DNA from: Candidatus Methanomethylophilaceae archaeon | Lineage (GTDB): Archaea; Thermoplasmatota; Thermoplasmata; Methanomassiliicoccales; Methanomethylophilaceae | NCBI GenBank assembly: GCA_035271165.1 | Contig: DATERX010000028.1 | Span: 1-64,000 of the forward strand | Direction of reading: 5' to 3' | DNA length: 64,000 nt | In this document: piece by piece, positions 9,717 to 19,258 of the stretch | Position numbering within the stretch: position 1 is the stretch's first letter | Layout: the number at the start of each line of letters is the position of its first letter | Translations under genes and position numbers: made by a program | Notes under the pieces: model-generated | The model's database searches: none | What the model saw: only the letters and a program-made list of their open reading frames with translations | What the model was told of the DNA's origin: nothing

Positions 9717-10298
9717 TATCTGAAGCACCCTCAATCTTTCAAAGAACAACGAAAGATCCCCTAGGACTTCGACACGATATGGTTCGAGTAGAGCATTCAA
9801 TCCCCCTTGGTCCATCAGGGATGAAACGACAACGACGACTCTCCAGCCCTCCTTCCCATGTTCGGAAGCCCCCTCTAGAAGTCTCGGTAGGGGACCGAGG
9901 CCATCCTCGCCGCCAGACCATGCCTCGGCAAGAGGGACATCATCGTCCACGGGGAGGTATGGAAGATTGAAGATCAAGGTGTCAAACCGACCATTTACGG
10001 AATTATAGACGTCAGTAAGTAAAACTTCGACATCTAGATTATTTTTCAAAGCGTTCCTTCTCGTCAGTTCCACGGCCGCGGGGTTGATATCTCCCGCAGT
10101 TACGGTGGCTCCCGCTTTGGCACAATGTAACGAAACAATCCCGGAACCACACCCTATCTCAAAAATCGACTCACCTGGTTGGACATCTAGACTTCTAATG
10201 AGGAGTAGACTGTCCTCGGACGGGGGATAGACGTTAGGATCCTCCTCCATCATTATCTCGGGGTCGTAATCCATAGAGTACATACTCCCAAAGCCCAT
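9699..10298 (-). CDS. HemK/Mtq2-type protein N5-glutamine methyltransferase (class I SAM MTase)
   Basis: SAM motif I EIGCGSGIVS, catalytic NLPY (NPPY variant), ~200 aa like archaeal Mtq2. Its 3' end overlaps the gatE 3' end by 18 nt (convergent). Confidence 0.7.
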   Translation of the reverse strand: MGFGSMYSMDYDPEIMMEEDPNVYPPSEDSLLLIRSLDVQPGESIFEIGCGSGIVSLHCAKAGATVTAGDINPAAVELTRRNALKNNLDVEVLLTDVYNSVNGRFDTLIFNLPYLPVDDDVPLAEAWSGGEDGLGPLPRLLEGASEHGKEGWRVVVVVSSLMDQGGLNALLEPYRVEVLGDLSLFFERLRVLQISADDL

Positions 10299-10346
10299 GA
10301 TAAATCCGACGGAAGAAGTATATCTTTCCGTGACCGATAAGGACGC

Positions 10347-10925
10347 ATGATCAAGTTGGACATATTAGCCGTGGGCCGTCTGGAAAAAGATGAACAGGGT
10401 ATGGTGGTGGTTGCCGATTCCACATGCACCCTCATAAACACCAATGACGGAATAATCGTGGTGGATCCCAGCACGGATTACATGAGGCCGATGATCAGGA
10501 AATCCTTCAGACAGATCGGCGTATACCCGAAGGACGTGAAACACATCGTACTCACACATTCCCACAGCGACCACGTCGGGAACCTTGACCTGTTCCAGAA
10601 GGCCAAGGTCTATATCCACAGTGGCGAGGAGAAGGAGATTCCAGGCGCCAAGGTGATAGAGGAGGATGAGTTCCAGCTAGTCCCAGGTGTACGTCTGATT
10701 CACACACCAGGACACACAAAAGGTTCGATGAGCGTATTCGTGGAAGCTGAAAAAAGGTACGTGATAGCAGGCGATGCCATACCCACAGAGAACAATTTCA
10801 GGAAGATGACCCCGCCTGCTTCTAATTACGATCCGGAAACCGCCTTACAAAGTATTAAAATGATAAAGAGATACGCGGACGTGGTCATACCGGGACATGG
10901 ACGCCCATTCATGACTAACATGTGA
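10347..10925 (+). CDS. MBL-fold metallo-hydrolase
   Basis: HSHSDHVGN metal-binding motif, downstream His residues and HGRP. Confidence 0.75.
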   Translation: MIKLDILAVGRLEKDEQGMVVVADSTCTLINTNDGIIVVDPSTDYMRPMIRKSFRQIGVYPKDVKHIVLTHSHSDHVGNLDLFQKAKVYIHSGEEKEIPGAKVIEEDEFQLVPGVRLIHTPGHTKGSMSVFVEAEKRYVIAGDAIPTENNFRKMTPPASNYDPETALQSIKMIKRYADVVIPGHGRPFMTNM

Positions 10926-10931
10926 AGAACC

Positions 10932-11564
10932 ATGAACGAAGAAGAACTCCCCGAGATAATCATTTACGAATGCGCCATATGCGATGATTATACAGAGCAT
11001 GAGATACTGAAAGGAAGATTCGGAAAGGCATCCGTCTCTGGGACATTCAAATGTATAGATTGCGGTACCGTAGAAGCCACGACCATCAGACTTCCTGAAG
11101 AACTACCGGTAAAGGTACTTTATAGCGATGGCGATGAGACCATCGTTACTCAGACGATACTGATGAGCAACGAAGTGATCGAGATTGGTGACGAATTCTT
11201 CCTCGACACTGGTGAACGCGTCCGCGTAACCAAGATAGAGGTAACGTCGGGCAGGACCACGAAGAGGATCCCTGCACCTAGGATAAAATCTCTCTGGGTG
11301 AAGCAGTTCGGAGTCATCAACGTCAAGTTCTCTATCAACGACAACCACCGCACGATCGCCAAGATGATAGAGGCGGAACCCGAAGACACGTTCACCGTCG
11401 GAATGATGGTTCCCTTCGAGGACTTCGATTGTTACGTTCATGCGATAAAGACCAAGGCACGTCTGATCCGCCACGGCTCCGCCGAGGCAAAGGAGATCAC
11501 CCGCATCTATGGAAAGATCCGTAAAAAGCAGTATGCCGTCATGGACTTCGACGACGACGAGTGA
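10932..11564 (+). CDS. Uncharacterised archaeal zinc-ribbon protein
   Basis: N-terminal CxxC-x27-CxxC (YECAICDD...KCIDCGT) followed by a ~150-aa domain I cannot assign; acidic tail DFDDDE. Confidence 0.45.
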   Translation: MNEEELPEIIIYECAICDDYTEHEILKGRFGKASVSGTFKCIDCGTVEATTIRLPEELPVKVLYSDGDETIVTQTILMSNEVIEIGDEFFLDTGERVRVTKIEVTSGRTTKRIPAPRIKSLWVKQFGVINVKFSINDNHRTIAKMIEAEPEDTFTVGMMVPFEDFDCYVHAIKTKARLIRHGSAEAKEITRIYGKIRKKQYAVMDFDDDE

Positions 11565-11565
11565 T

Positions 11566-12210
11566 TCACTCGAAGATAATATCCAGGACATCGGCCATAT
11601 TATTCGAACGGACCACGGCATCCGCCGCTTCGACGACCTCGTCATCGATGGGGTTGAACGCAATGGACAATGCACTGTTATCGAACATCGAGACGTCAAT
11701 GAATGAATTACCGATCGAGACCGTGTGCTCCTTGTCCGTCTTGTATTTCCTCTGAAACTCTCGGACACTAATCCCCTTGTCACGAAGATCCACGTTCATT
11801 ATCCCCTCGCCGGTAAGCTTCCCGGCCTCACAGGTCTCGAGGGAATCCGCGATATAATCATCGAAGCCGAACTCATCGGCTATCATCTTCGCGGCGAAGT
11901 CAATACCTCCGCTGACTATCACGCTCCTCGCACCCTCGAAACGGAGGGCGGCCACAGTCTCCTGTATTCCTCCAGTTAGAGGCATGGAGGTGAACGTCTT
12001 GGCAACATCGGTGGCAGTTATCCCGGGATGTTTCTCTATCCACATGCAGATGTCCCTGCGCATGAACTCCGGTTCGTCTATCTTCCCGGCACAGAAAAGA
12101 TCGTAGGAATCCGTGTTGTCGACCTCATAGTAATCGTGCACCCATCCCCAGGAGCTCCTGTGCTGTGTCAACGTACCGTCCATATCAAAGCAAACAAGTT
12201 CGTATTTCAC
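11566..12210 (-). CDS. HAD-superfamily hydrolase, phosphoserine-phosphatase-like (subfamily IB)
   Basis: Motif I FDMDGTLT; Rossmannoid core SVIVSGG; motif IV is degenerate (GNSFID instead of GDGAND). Confidence 0.65.
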   Translation of the reverse strand: MKYELVCFDMDGTLTQHRSSWGWVHDYYEVDNTDSYDLFCAGKIDEPEFMRRDICMWIEKHPGITATDVAKTFTSMPLTGGIQETVAALRFEGARSVIVSGGIDFAAKMIADEFGFDDYIADSLETCEAGKLTGEGIMNVDLRDKGISVREFQRKYKTDKEHTVSIGNSFIDVSMFDNSALSIAFNPIDDEVVEAADAVVRSNNMADVLDIIFE

Positions 12211-12245
12211 GCATCATTAATGCAAAGGGATGGTTAAAACGATAT

Positions 12246-13115
12246 TCATCCCCTTTTGCGCATTATCAATACCGTGAGCACGAAGAACAACACCCCCGAC
12301 AGGATCAGATAAAATACGCCGAACTCCGGTGTAGCCATCCAGTCCCCTATGTATATGTCGAAACCGAGCAATTCCCTGTATTCCTGAATATCTCCTGTAG
12401 CCGCGAAGGTGTTGTTCAGCACAGGAGCCCCTAAGATATCCCTGTACATCGCGGCGGAATGGTTCATCGGAAAAAGGTTAAAGGAAGATTGTACCCCACT
12501 CGAGAAATGACCGATGGGAATGAACGTACCGGTCATGAATCCTATCAACACGTTCACCAGCATAGCGAATCCGTTGAAGGACGCCCTCGTCCTAAGAAGT
12601 GATGTGAAGAAGAAGATAATGGTACATGACGAGAAGACAGAGGGAACCATCAGGGCCATGGCCTGACCCATAGCGACGGCGGAGAACCCGAAACCAGTCG
12701 CGAACATGTAGGACGCGGTTATCAACAGGAACACGAAAGATAGGAGGATCCCGATCACGAAGGCGGAAACCACATATCCGGCGGTTATGGACATCGAGCT
12801 CACAGGGGACGACTTAAAATCGTCCAGGACGCCCGTGGACCTATCCCTTACCACCAGCCCCATTGCCGCGATAGAGGAGGATATAGGTATCATGCTCATA
12901 AGCCCGCCTATCAACCAGGAATCGACCAGCACGGATGCGCCGGATTCGGAATCGAACCCAGATATGATGGAGCTTCTCAGTATTGTAACGTAAAGAACCA
13001 GGACGATCAGGACACTGAGCAGGGAGGCAATCACGGAACCCCTGTCCCTGAAGAACATCCTCATCGCCCTAATGGTCAGGATACCCGAGTTCCTACCCTC
13101 TTCCTTGAAATTCAC
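12246..13115 (-). CDS. ABC-2 family transporter permease
   Basis: Polytopic (6 TM) ABC-2-type permease profile; 4-nt overlap with the upstream permease paralog. Confidence 0.7.
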   Translation of the reverse strand: MNFKEEGRNSGILTIRAMRMFFRDRGSVIASLLSVLIVLVLYVTILRSSIISGFDSESGASVLVDSWLIGGLMSMIPISSSIAAMGLVVRDRSTGVLDDFKSSPVSSMSITAGYVVSAFVIGILLSFVFLLITASYMFATGFGFSAVAMGQAMALMVPSVFSSCTIIFFFTSLLRTRASFNGFAMLVNVLIGFMTGTFIPIGHFSSGVQSSFNLFPMNHSAAMYRDILGAPVLNNTFAATGDIQEYRELLGFDIYIGDWMATPEFGVFYLILSGVLFFVLTVLIMRKRG

Positions 13116-14002
13116 ACCCTGGACCTCCTATTCATAACTGCGACGGCCAGTAAGAAGAATATCGCCGCGCTGGCCACGATAATCACGACACTCGACCATT
13201 CGGGGAACATCCAATCTCCGAGATACAGGTCGTATCCGAGGTCGGCACGGAACGTCTCAAGGCTTCCCTGAGGTGAACCTAAGAACATATCCTCCGCCGA
13301 TGGTCCTGCCATTATATCCCTGAACAATGAGGCGGAATGGGTCATCGGTAACAATGAACAGAAGGACGCCACCGACGTGGGGAGAAGGCCTAATGGCACG
13401 TACACTCCCGTGATGAAGCCCGCCATTATGCCGACGGTGAGGGACAACCCGGTAAAACCGCCCTCGCTCCAGATCAGCGAGGTCAAAAAGAACATTATGG
13501 AGGTCGATGAAAGTATGGAAATCAGGAGAAGGCCCAATACCTTGGCCATCTGCATCAGGGACAGCATCTCCTCGCCGATGGCGACGATGTATACCATGCC
13601 CAATAGTAAGGTCAAAATGCTCAACAGCGACCCAACGATCAAAGTGGAAAGCATATAACCTCCAGTAAGGGAGTAGGACGAAGCGGGTGAGGAATTAAAA
13701 TCCCTGATTCTACCCGAATATCTATCGGATACCAATATCCCCAAGGCACCGCCAGTCGTTGTGACCGGTACTATGGCCATAAGACCTGCGACCAACCAGA
13801 GATCCGTGGTACGGGCCGCAATTCCTGAGTTTATCTCAGGAAGCCCGCTGATAAACGAGGCCCGGAGCATGAACACATACAACCCTATCACCACCAAAGC
13901 CCCGAGCAATGAGAATAGAACGGACATCCTGTCCCTGAAGAACATCAGCATGTTCCGTTTTGTCATCGCGGATAGCGAGGCAGGTATCTGGAGGCCGGGC
14001 AT
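13112..14002 (-). CDS. ABC-2 family transporter permease (paralog)
   Basis: Similar TM architecture and N-terminal KRNMLMFFRDR motif shared with the 12246..13115 product; 1-nt overlap with the ATPase gene. Confidence 0.7.
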   Translation of the reverse strand: MPGLQIPASLSAMTKRNMLMFFRDRMSVLFSLLGALVVIGLYVFMLRASFISGLPEINSGIAARTTDLWLVAGLMAIVPVTTTGGALGILVSDRYSGRIRDFNSSPASSYSLTGGYMLSTLIVGSLLSILTLLLGMVYIVAIGEEMLSLMQMAKVLGLLLISILSSTSIMFFLTSLIWSEGGFTGLSLTVGIMAGFITGVYVPLGLLPTSVASFCSLLPMTHSASLFRDIMAGPSAEDMFLGSPQGSLETFRADLGYDLYLGDWMFPEWSSVVIIVASAAIFFLLAVAVMNRRSRV

Positions 14003-14919
14003 CAGACGATCGTTCCTCCGGTGACGTTTATGAAAGCATCATCCATTGTGCCCATCCTTACCTCCAGGGAATCAATCAGGTCCCTGTGGCGAGAGATGAT
14101 ATCTATGGAATCCTTCGTGTTTCCAAGTTTAATGACAATCCTATCACTGCCGTTCTGTTCGTATGCGATGCCATCGGCGTCCAGGGCGTTCTTCAAATTC
14201 TCTATTTCACGGGATGACATGAACAGAAAGTCCGAGGTATAATTCTCCTTGAGCTCAGAGGGAGTGCCCTCAGCGGCTATCCTGCCCTCATTGATAATAA
14301 TCACATGGTCGGCACCCTCAGCCTCCTCCATGTAATGGGTGGTGAGGAACACGGTAATCCCATCATCCTCCCTCAGTCGGAGGATGGTGTCCCATACGTT
14401 ATTCCTAGTCTGCGGATCCAATCCGGTAGTAGGCTCGTCCAACATAAGTATGCGGGGTTTGTTGATCAGGGCACGGGCGATATCCGACCTTCTCCTCTGA
14501 CCTCCGGACAACCTACCGTAGTGACGGTCGAGGATTTCATCGATACCTGTGGCCTTGGACGCCCATACCATCCTCTCCTCAAGCTCCTTGCCACGGAGTC
14601 CGTAGAGCGCGCCTCTTGTACTGAGGTTCTCACGCACGGTCAGCAAAGGGTCCAACGTACCGGTCTGGAACACGATACCGAGCCTATTCCTGATCTCACT
14701 ATCATCCATACCAACGATGAATCCATCCACGGTTATCTCGCCCATATCAGGTTTCAGCAGAGTACATATCATGTTGATGGTCGTGCTTTTCCCTGCGCCG
14801 TTGGGACCTAAGAACGCGAACAGCTGCCCCCTCCCGACAGTGAACGAGATATCGTCAACAGCGCGTATCTCTCCGAAGCTCTTACTCAGATTGGCGACCT
14901 TAATCATCTCATTCATCAT
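14002..14919 (-). CDS. ABC transporter ATP-binding protein
   Basis: Walker A GPNGAGKST, signature LSGGQRRR, Walker B ILMLDEPT. Start chosen at MMNEMIKVANL (14919) rather than the ORF-track start at 15060, whose extension has no ABC homology. Confidence 0.8.
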   Translation of the reverse strand: MMNEMIKVANLSKSFGEIRAVDDISFTVGRGQLFAFLGPNGAGKSTTINMICTLLKPDMGEITVDGFIVGMDDSEIRNRLGIVFQTGTLDPLLTVRENLSTRGALYGLRGKELEERMVWASKATGIDEILDRHYGRLSGGQRRRSDIARALINKPRILMLDEPTTGLDPQTRNNVWDTILRLREDDGITVFLTTHYMEEAEGADHVIIINEGRIAAEGTPSELKENYTSDFLFMSSREIENLKNALDADGIAYEQNGSDRIVIKLGNTKDSIDIISRHRDLIDSLEVRMGTMDDAFINVTGGTIV

Positions 14920-14988
14920 AGGAATATCTACAGGACTAGATAAGATTGTTATCAAAGCAATATATCTATAAACCATCACTATCAGGAT

Positions 14989-15705
14989 ATGATGCTCCTC
15001 ATAATCGGCACTGGTCACGTCTTCAGGATAGAAGATCAGATACGCTTCATAATCAGACATTCCTGGCCTGATGCTGTCCTAGTGGAACTCGATGTGAAAA
15101 GGTATCAGGTCATGGACGGCACCTATGAACATCCAAAGGATGAGAAGCCGATCAAGATACCCAGGATGATAAAAAATATAGGAAAGAACCAGGACCGTAC
15201 GTCGAAACAGTTCGGTACCGGTACGGGCTTCGAACTTCTAGAAGCATGCAAGTCGGCGGAGACCGCAGGTGCCGACGTCATACTAATGGATGGCGATGCA
15301 ATCGAATATCTCGTGAGGATGTGGAACGAATCCTCCTTCATGGAGAAGATGCGCTGGCGCCTCTCAAGTATCAAGAATAGGTTCACCTCGAAAAAGCGCA
15401 CGGAAGAGGTTCAAAAGGGTTATTCGGACCACGAGGCGGAGAATAGAGAGGACCTCAGACGCCGTTATCCAACCATGATGCGCATACTGCACGATGAAAG
15501 GAACGAACTGATGGCTGACCATATAATCAGAGCATCAGAAAAATACGACAAGATGATAGCCGTTGTAGGAGATGCCCATGTACAAGGACTGATCGAACTT
15601 CTTCCAGAGGATGTGGAGGTAAAGACAATCCGTCTCGCTGAAATCATGGACCAGAAGAAGATAAGTAAAATTATGTCCGACATATGGTATCAACGGAGTG
15701 AGTGA
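14989..15705 (+). CDS. TraB/GumN-family protein
   Basis: N-terminal LIIGTGHVFRIEDQ resembles TraB GTAHVS; ~238 aa; 8-nt overlap with thyX. Confidence 0.55.
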   Translation: MMLLIIGTGHVFRIEDQIRFIIRHSWPDAVLVELDVKRYQVMDGTYEHPKDEKPIKIPRMIKNIGKNQDRTSKQFGTGTGFELLEACKSAETAGADVILMDGDAIEYLVRMWNESSFMEKMRWRLSSIKNRFTSKKRTEEVQKGYSDHEAENREDLRRRYPTMMRILHDERNELMADHIIRASEKYDKMIAVVGDAHVQGLIELLPEDVEVKTIRLAEIMDQKKISKIMSDIWYQRSE

Positions 15706-16369
15706 AATGAAGGTGGTCTTACTTTCCTATACAAAGAACGCCGACGAGATATGTGCGGCCGCGGGCAGGTCGTGTTATTCGGGAAAGCCCGCGGATGAGA
15801 TAATCGGTAAAGGGGACGCAAGGAGTACGTTGAGTTCCATAGTGGGGATGGGCCATCATTCTGTCATAGAACATGCGACGTTCACATTCTCAGTGTCCGG
15901 GGTATCACGAACCCTCACCCATCAACTGGTGAGGCACCGAATAGCCTCCTTCTCCCAGCAATCGCAAAGATACGTCTCCCTCGACCAGCCTACCTATGTG
16001 GTTCCACACACCATAGCAGAGGACCCAGAGGCTTTGGACATATACAAAAAAATGATGGAGCAGATCTGGAACACGTATTCCGAATTAAGCGAGAAAGTCC
16101 CCATCGAGGATGCAAGGTACATACTGCCCAACGGATGCACCACGAATATCACCATAACCATGAACGCACGTGAACTCCTACACTTCTTTTCGTTGAGGTG
16201 CTGCGAGCGGGCACAATGGGAGATACGGGAGATGGCCGAGGAGATGCTACGTCTTTGCAGGGAGGTTTCTCCGACGATATTCAAGGTTGCGGGCCCTCCA
16301 TGTGTCACAGGACCCTGTCCTGAGGGTGAAAAATCGTGCGGTCAACCGAAAACAATCAAAAAGCATTAA
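15698..16369 (+). CDS. thyX: FAD-dependent thymidylate synthase ThyX
   Basis: ThyX motif RHRIASFSQQSQRY (RHR...S..S.RY) and an IEHATFTF segment. Confidence 0.85.
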   Translation: MSEMKVVLLSYTKNADEICAAAGRSCYSGKPADEIIGKGDARSTLSSIVGMGHHSVIEHATFTFSVSGVSRTLTHQLVRHRIASFSQQSQRYVSLDQPTYVVPHTIAEDPEALDIYKKMMEQIWNTYSELSEKVPIEDARYILPNGCTTNITITMNARELLHFFSLRCCERAQWEIREMAEEMLRLCREVSPTIFKVAGPPCVTGPCPEGEKSCGQPKTIKKH

Positions 16370-16406
16370 ATAGGGAATCTACTTAATCGGACTATTCGGT
16401 GAACTT

Positions 16407-16598
16407 ATGGGAAGAATCAGACCCACATATATCAAGAGGGTGTCCATTGAACTCGTTGAAAAGTATCCTCAGGCCTTCAGCAAGGACTTCGAGAGCAACA
16501 AGGAGATGGTCAGCACCCTAACAGACGTAACCTCAATTCCAATGAGGAACAGGATCGCGGGATACATAGTCCGCTATATGTCGCGCCCTGAGATCTAA
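16407..16598 (+). CDS. rps17e: 30S ribosomal protein S17e
   Basis: MGRIRPTYIKRVSIELVEKYP matches eS17 N-terminus; 63 aa. Confidence 0.85.
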   Translation: MGRIRPTYIKRVSIELVEKYPQAFSKDFESNKEMVSTLTDVTSIPMRNRIAGYIVRYMSRPEI

Positions 16599-16633
16599 AC
16601 ATCTTAGTCGCAAGACTTTTTCCGCACTTTTAG

Positions 16634-16707
16634 CTCGCGTAGGGTAGCCTGGATATCCTGAGAGATTGCGGATCTCTTGACCCGGATTCGAATTCCGGCG
16701 CGAGCGC
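16634..16707 (+). tRNA. tRNA, most likely Arg(GCG); alternative fold gives Ala(TGC)
   Basis: Acceptor GCTCGCG/CGCGAGC + G + CCA, perfect T-arm CCGGA-TTCGAAT-TCCGG. Anticodon stem AGAGA/TCTCT with loop TTGCGGA gives GCG. D-arm region is 1 nt longer than canonical. Confidence 0.65.
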
Positions 16708-16717
16708 CAATTTCGAT

Positions 16718-18649
16718 TCACTCTTCGGTATCTTCCGGCCAGACCTTCTTTGTTATCTCTGAATCCCCGGGTGGCAAGATCCTTGATATCTCTTCCTCTG
16801 GAACGTCAAATGCTTTCGCAATCGTGTTCGGAGTGCCCTTATTCTTACCCCTACCGGGAATTATCAGGAAATATTTCTCCGAGGCCTTTTTTATAACACT
16901 GACCGGGGCGCACATTATCTTACGACTGCCGAGATACTCGATCTCACCGACCGCCATCTCCGCTTGGATATGGAATTCGTAATTCCTCTTGCCTCTGATT
17001 ATAAACGCACCGCGGGGAACGAATTCACCGGGGTTCGGGGTCTTGCTGACCTGGTCGGGATAAACCCAATACGCACTTCCCTCGGATAACGCGGATACCC
17101 ACGCCTTGGAATGACAATATGCGAAGGCGCAGACATCCGCTATCTCCGTCTTATCAGATCCTAGCCCTTCCTTGAATATTACCGATGGAGCGCCGTGTAT
17201 GTCGGCGTGGATGTACAGGTCGTTGTCCTTCATGTGTTTCTTGACGACCCTGTCGTTTGTATGGGCGTTCTTACCTGCTATAACGAGCTTACCAGAATCA
17301 GTTATGAACCATTTGTAGCGTTCGAACCAGAACTGCTTTGTAGGCTCTGCACGAGTAAGCGCCAGATGTCTCTCCTTCTGGAATCCCTTCTCCCTTTGCT
17401 GGAGTTCGGCAAGACTGGTCTTCAAGGCATCCTCGGCCCTCTTACCCTTGCTGCCTATATCCTTACCCTTTTGATATATTATCGAGGCGTTGGTATCAAG
17501 GCCCTTGGTGTAATCAAGGACGATCTTGCGCTCTCCGAGCACGATGGTGACATTGTTCTTCGCTGGGTCCATGGATGAGACGTAAGGGACCTTCATCGCA
17601 CCCTCCTTGAGTTTCTCCCATGTCAGTTTCCCCGACTGTTCCTTGAGGACCTTCAGAAGTGTTTCGACCTTTGGATATTCGGTATAAAGCGAGTCAGCCT
17701 GCAGACGGTATTCCTCTGCATCGGTCTCGTATTCGGATATGGTGTCCTGCTGCTTCTCAATCCTTCGTTTTAATTTGACGATTACGGGATCGACATATTC
17801 CTCTATCTCGGTCTTATCCTCCTGCTTGAGCAGGGCATCGATCGCCAGAGATATGGATTCGTACTGTTCGGATTCAGCATCGCCGTATGAAAATAACGGG
17901 ACGGGAGCGAGGTCTACGATCTTCCCATCCTCTAAGTATGCTGTAGGTTCCGATTTCGCCTCTGCGGCCAAAACGAGTTCTTCGACCTTCTCGAATATCT
18001 TCTTGAGATCATCCTCGGTAACGGCGACCGCAGGTGTCTCTTTGTCAATACCTGCACGGACGCAGACCTCCTCCGCGTATTGTCCGCCTAGGTTCACGGA
18101 TGTTGCTAACGTCCTGACGGTATCCGATTTGGATGAACGGAAAAGCGCGGTGAAATCCTCGTATGAGGATTCGCCCGGGTCGAACCTGGGCTGCGGCATG
18201 ATGTATTCCTCTCCCGGTCTTGTCGCCCTGTTCCTGTATGTTTTATGTATGAGGCAGTTGACGATCTTCCCTTCGGATATTAGGAGCACGTTGCCTCCGC
18301 CGAATATCTCGAATATCAATTGATATTCTATGTCGCCCTTCCTGAGCTCGGTGATGACGACACGGTCGAAACCCGCCTGTCTCGTCTTGCCTATCCTGGC
18401 ATTGTCTAAACGTTTGCGCATGAAAGAAGCAAACGACGTCGGCAACGCAGGCGTCTCTGGTTTAACGGGAGGTAAGAACAACCATCTCTTGTCCTTGAAG
18501 AACAGTTCCTTTTTACCGCCTGGGACTGTTACTCTAAAAAGTACGTTCCCTGCTCCCCATTGGAAGATCTTGTCCATGTGACCGTCCTCCAGGACAGCCA
18601 TCTCCGATACAATGGAACGGACGTCCAGGGAGCTCATTTCTTTCTTCAT
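16718..18649 (-). CDS. NFACT/FbpA-family protein (Rqc2/Tae2 homolog, ribosome quality control)
   Basis: ~640 aa with NFACT-N-like N-terminus, coiled-coil middle and C-terminal NFACT-R-like domain (GKNAHTNDRVVKKHMKDNDLYIHADIHGAPSVIFK). Start placed at MKKEM. Confidence 0.7.
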   Translation of the reverse strand: MKKEMSSLDVRSIVSEMAVLEDGHMDKIFQWGAGNVLFRVTVPGGKKELFFKDKRWLFLPPVKPETPALPTSFASFMRKRLDNARIGKTRQAGFDRVVITELRKGDIEYQLIFEIFGGGNVLLISEGKIVNCLIHKTYRNRATRPGEEYIMPQPRFDPGESSYEDFTALFRSSKSDTVRTLATSVNLGGQYAEEVCVRAGIDKETPAVAVTEDDLKKIFEKVEELVLAAEAKSEPTAYLEDGKIVDLAPVPLFSYGDAESEQYESISLAIDALLKQEDKTEIEEYVDPVIVKLKRRIEKQQDTISEYETDAEEYRLQADSLYTEYPKVETLLKVLKEQSGKLTWEKLKEGAMKVPYVSSMDPAKNNVTIVLGERKIVLDYTKGLDTNASIIYQKGKDIGSKGKRAEDALKTSLAELQQREKGFQKERHLALTRAEPTKQFWFERYKWFITDSGKLVIAGKNAHTNDRVVKKHMKDNDLYIHADIHGAPSVIFKEGLGSDKTEIADVCAFAYCHSKAWVSALSEGSAYWVYPDQVSKTPNPGEFVPRGAFIIRGKRNYEFHIQAEMAVGEIEYLGSRKIMCAPVSVIKKASEKYFLIIPGRGKNKGTPNTIAKAFDVPEEEISRILPPGDSEITKKVWPEDTEE

Positions 18650-18767
18650 ATGATTATGATAAACATACACGTATGATTTAGTTTAATCGCTTGCCCGATA
18701 ACGTGAGATGTAAAACATCAAAGCCAGAAACCTTTATCAATGACATGACGATTAGCCCACCCTACAG

Positions 18768-18842
18768 GCCGCTGTGGCTAAGGGGTATAGCGGCGCCTTG
18801 GTAAGGCGCAGGTCGAGGGTTCAATTCCCCCCAGCGGCTCCA
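18768..18842 (+). tRNA. tRNA-Thr(GGT)
   Basis: Cloverleaf: acceptor GCCGCTG/CAGCGGC, anticodon stem GCGCC/GGCGC, loop TTGGTAA, genomically encoded CCA. Confidence 0.8.
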
Positions 18843-18889
18843 TTCACTCTTCTTCACCGTATACCTCATCATGATTTTTTGCGTTCGCA

Positions 18890-19255
18890 ATGGAGATTCA
18901 CAACGATTATTTATCCAAATCATCATCCAAACCCATGGAATTGACGGTTGGAAAGATTACCATTGTACTACTGATTGTATTCGCGGCCATGCTCACAATC
19001 TCCGTAGGGATAAGGATGCGACGTGAGAAAGTTCACATCCGTCCGAAAGATGGAGGTTCCGAAGCCGATGTGGATCCAGCGTTCAGAGCTTATTTCGAAC
19101 ATAAGCGTGAAATGAACTCATTGGAACTTTTTGCTGTTGGTATAGGGTTTATGGCATCGGCTATCCTAATACTGATGAATCATGTGTGGATTGGGGTGAC
19201 CGTTGCGATTCTGATACCAGCGGTCACCCTGTTATACACTCGAACCCGTAGGTGA
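18890..19255 (+). CDS. Small membrane protein (2 TM), uncharacterised
   Basis: 121 aa with two hydrophobic helices (ITIVLLIVFAAMLTISVGI; AVGIGFMASAILILMNHVWIGVTVAILIPAV). Confidence 0.4.
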   Translation: MEIHNDYLSKSSSKPMELTVGKITIVLLIVFAAMLTISVGIRMRREKVHIRPKDGGSEADVDPAFRAYFEHKREMNSLELFAVGIGFMASAILILMNHVWIGVTVAILIPAVTLLYTRTRR

Positions 19256-19258
19256 TGT

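Noticed and set aside
11566-12210. HAD phosphatase possibly inactive because motif IV is GNSFID rather than GDGxND
   Set aside because: Motif I (DMDGT) and the core are intact. HAD motif IV is variable across subfamilies, so this is not enough evidence for a pseudoenzyme.
14920-15060. N-terminal 47-codon extension of the ABC ATPase ORF (MSDYEAYLIFYPEDV...)
   Set aside because: ABC-ATPase homology starts exactly at the internal MMNEMIKVANL. The extension has no ABC-family homology and would place the start 70 nt inside the divergent TraB promoter region.
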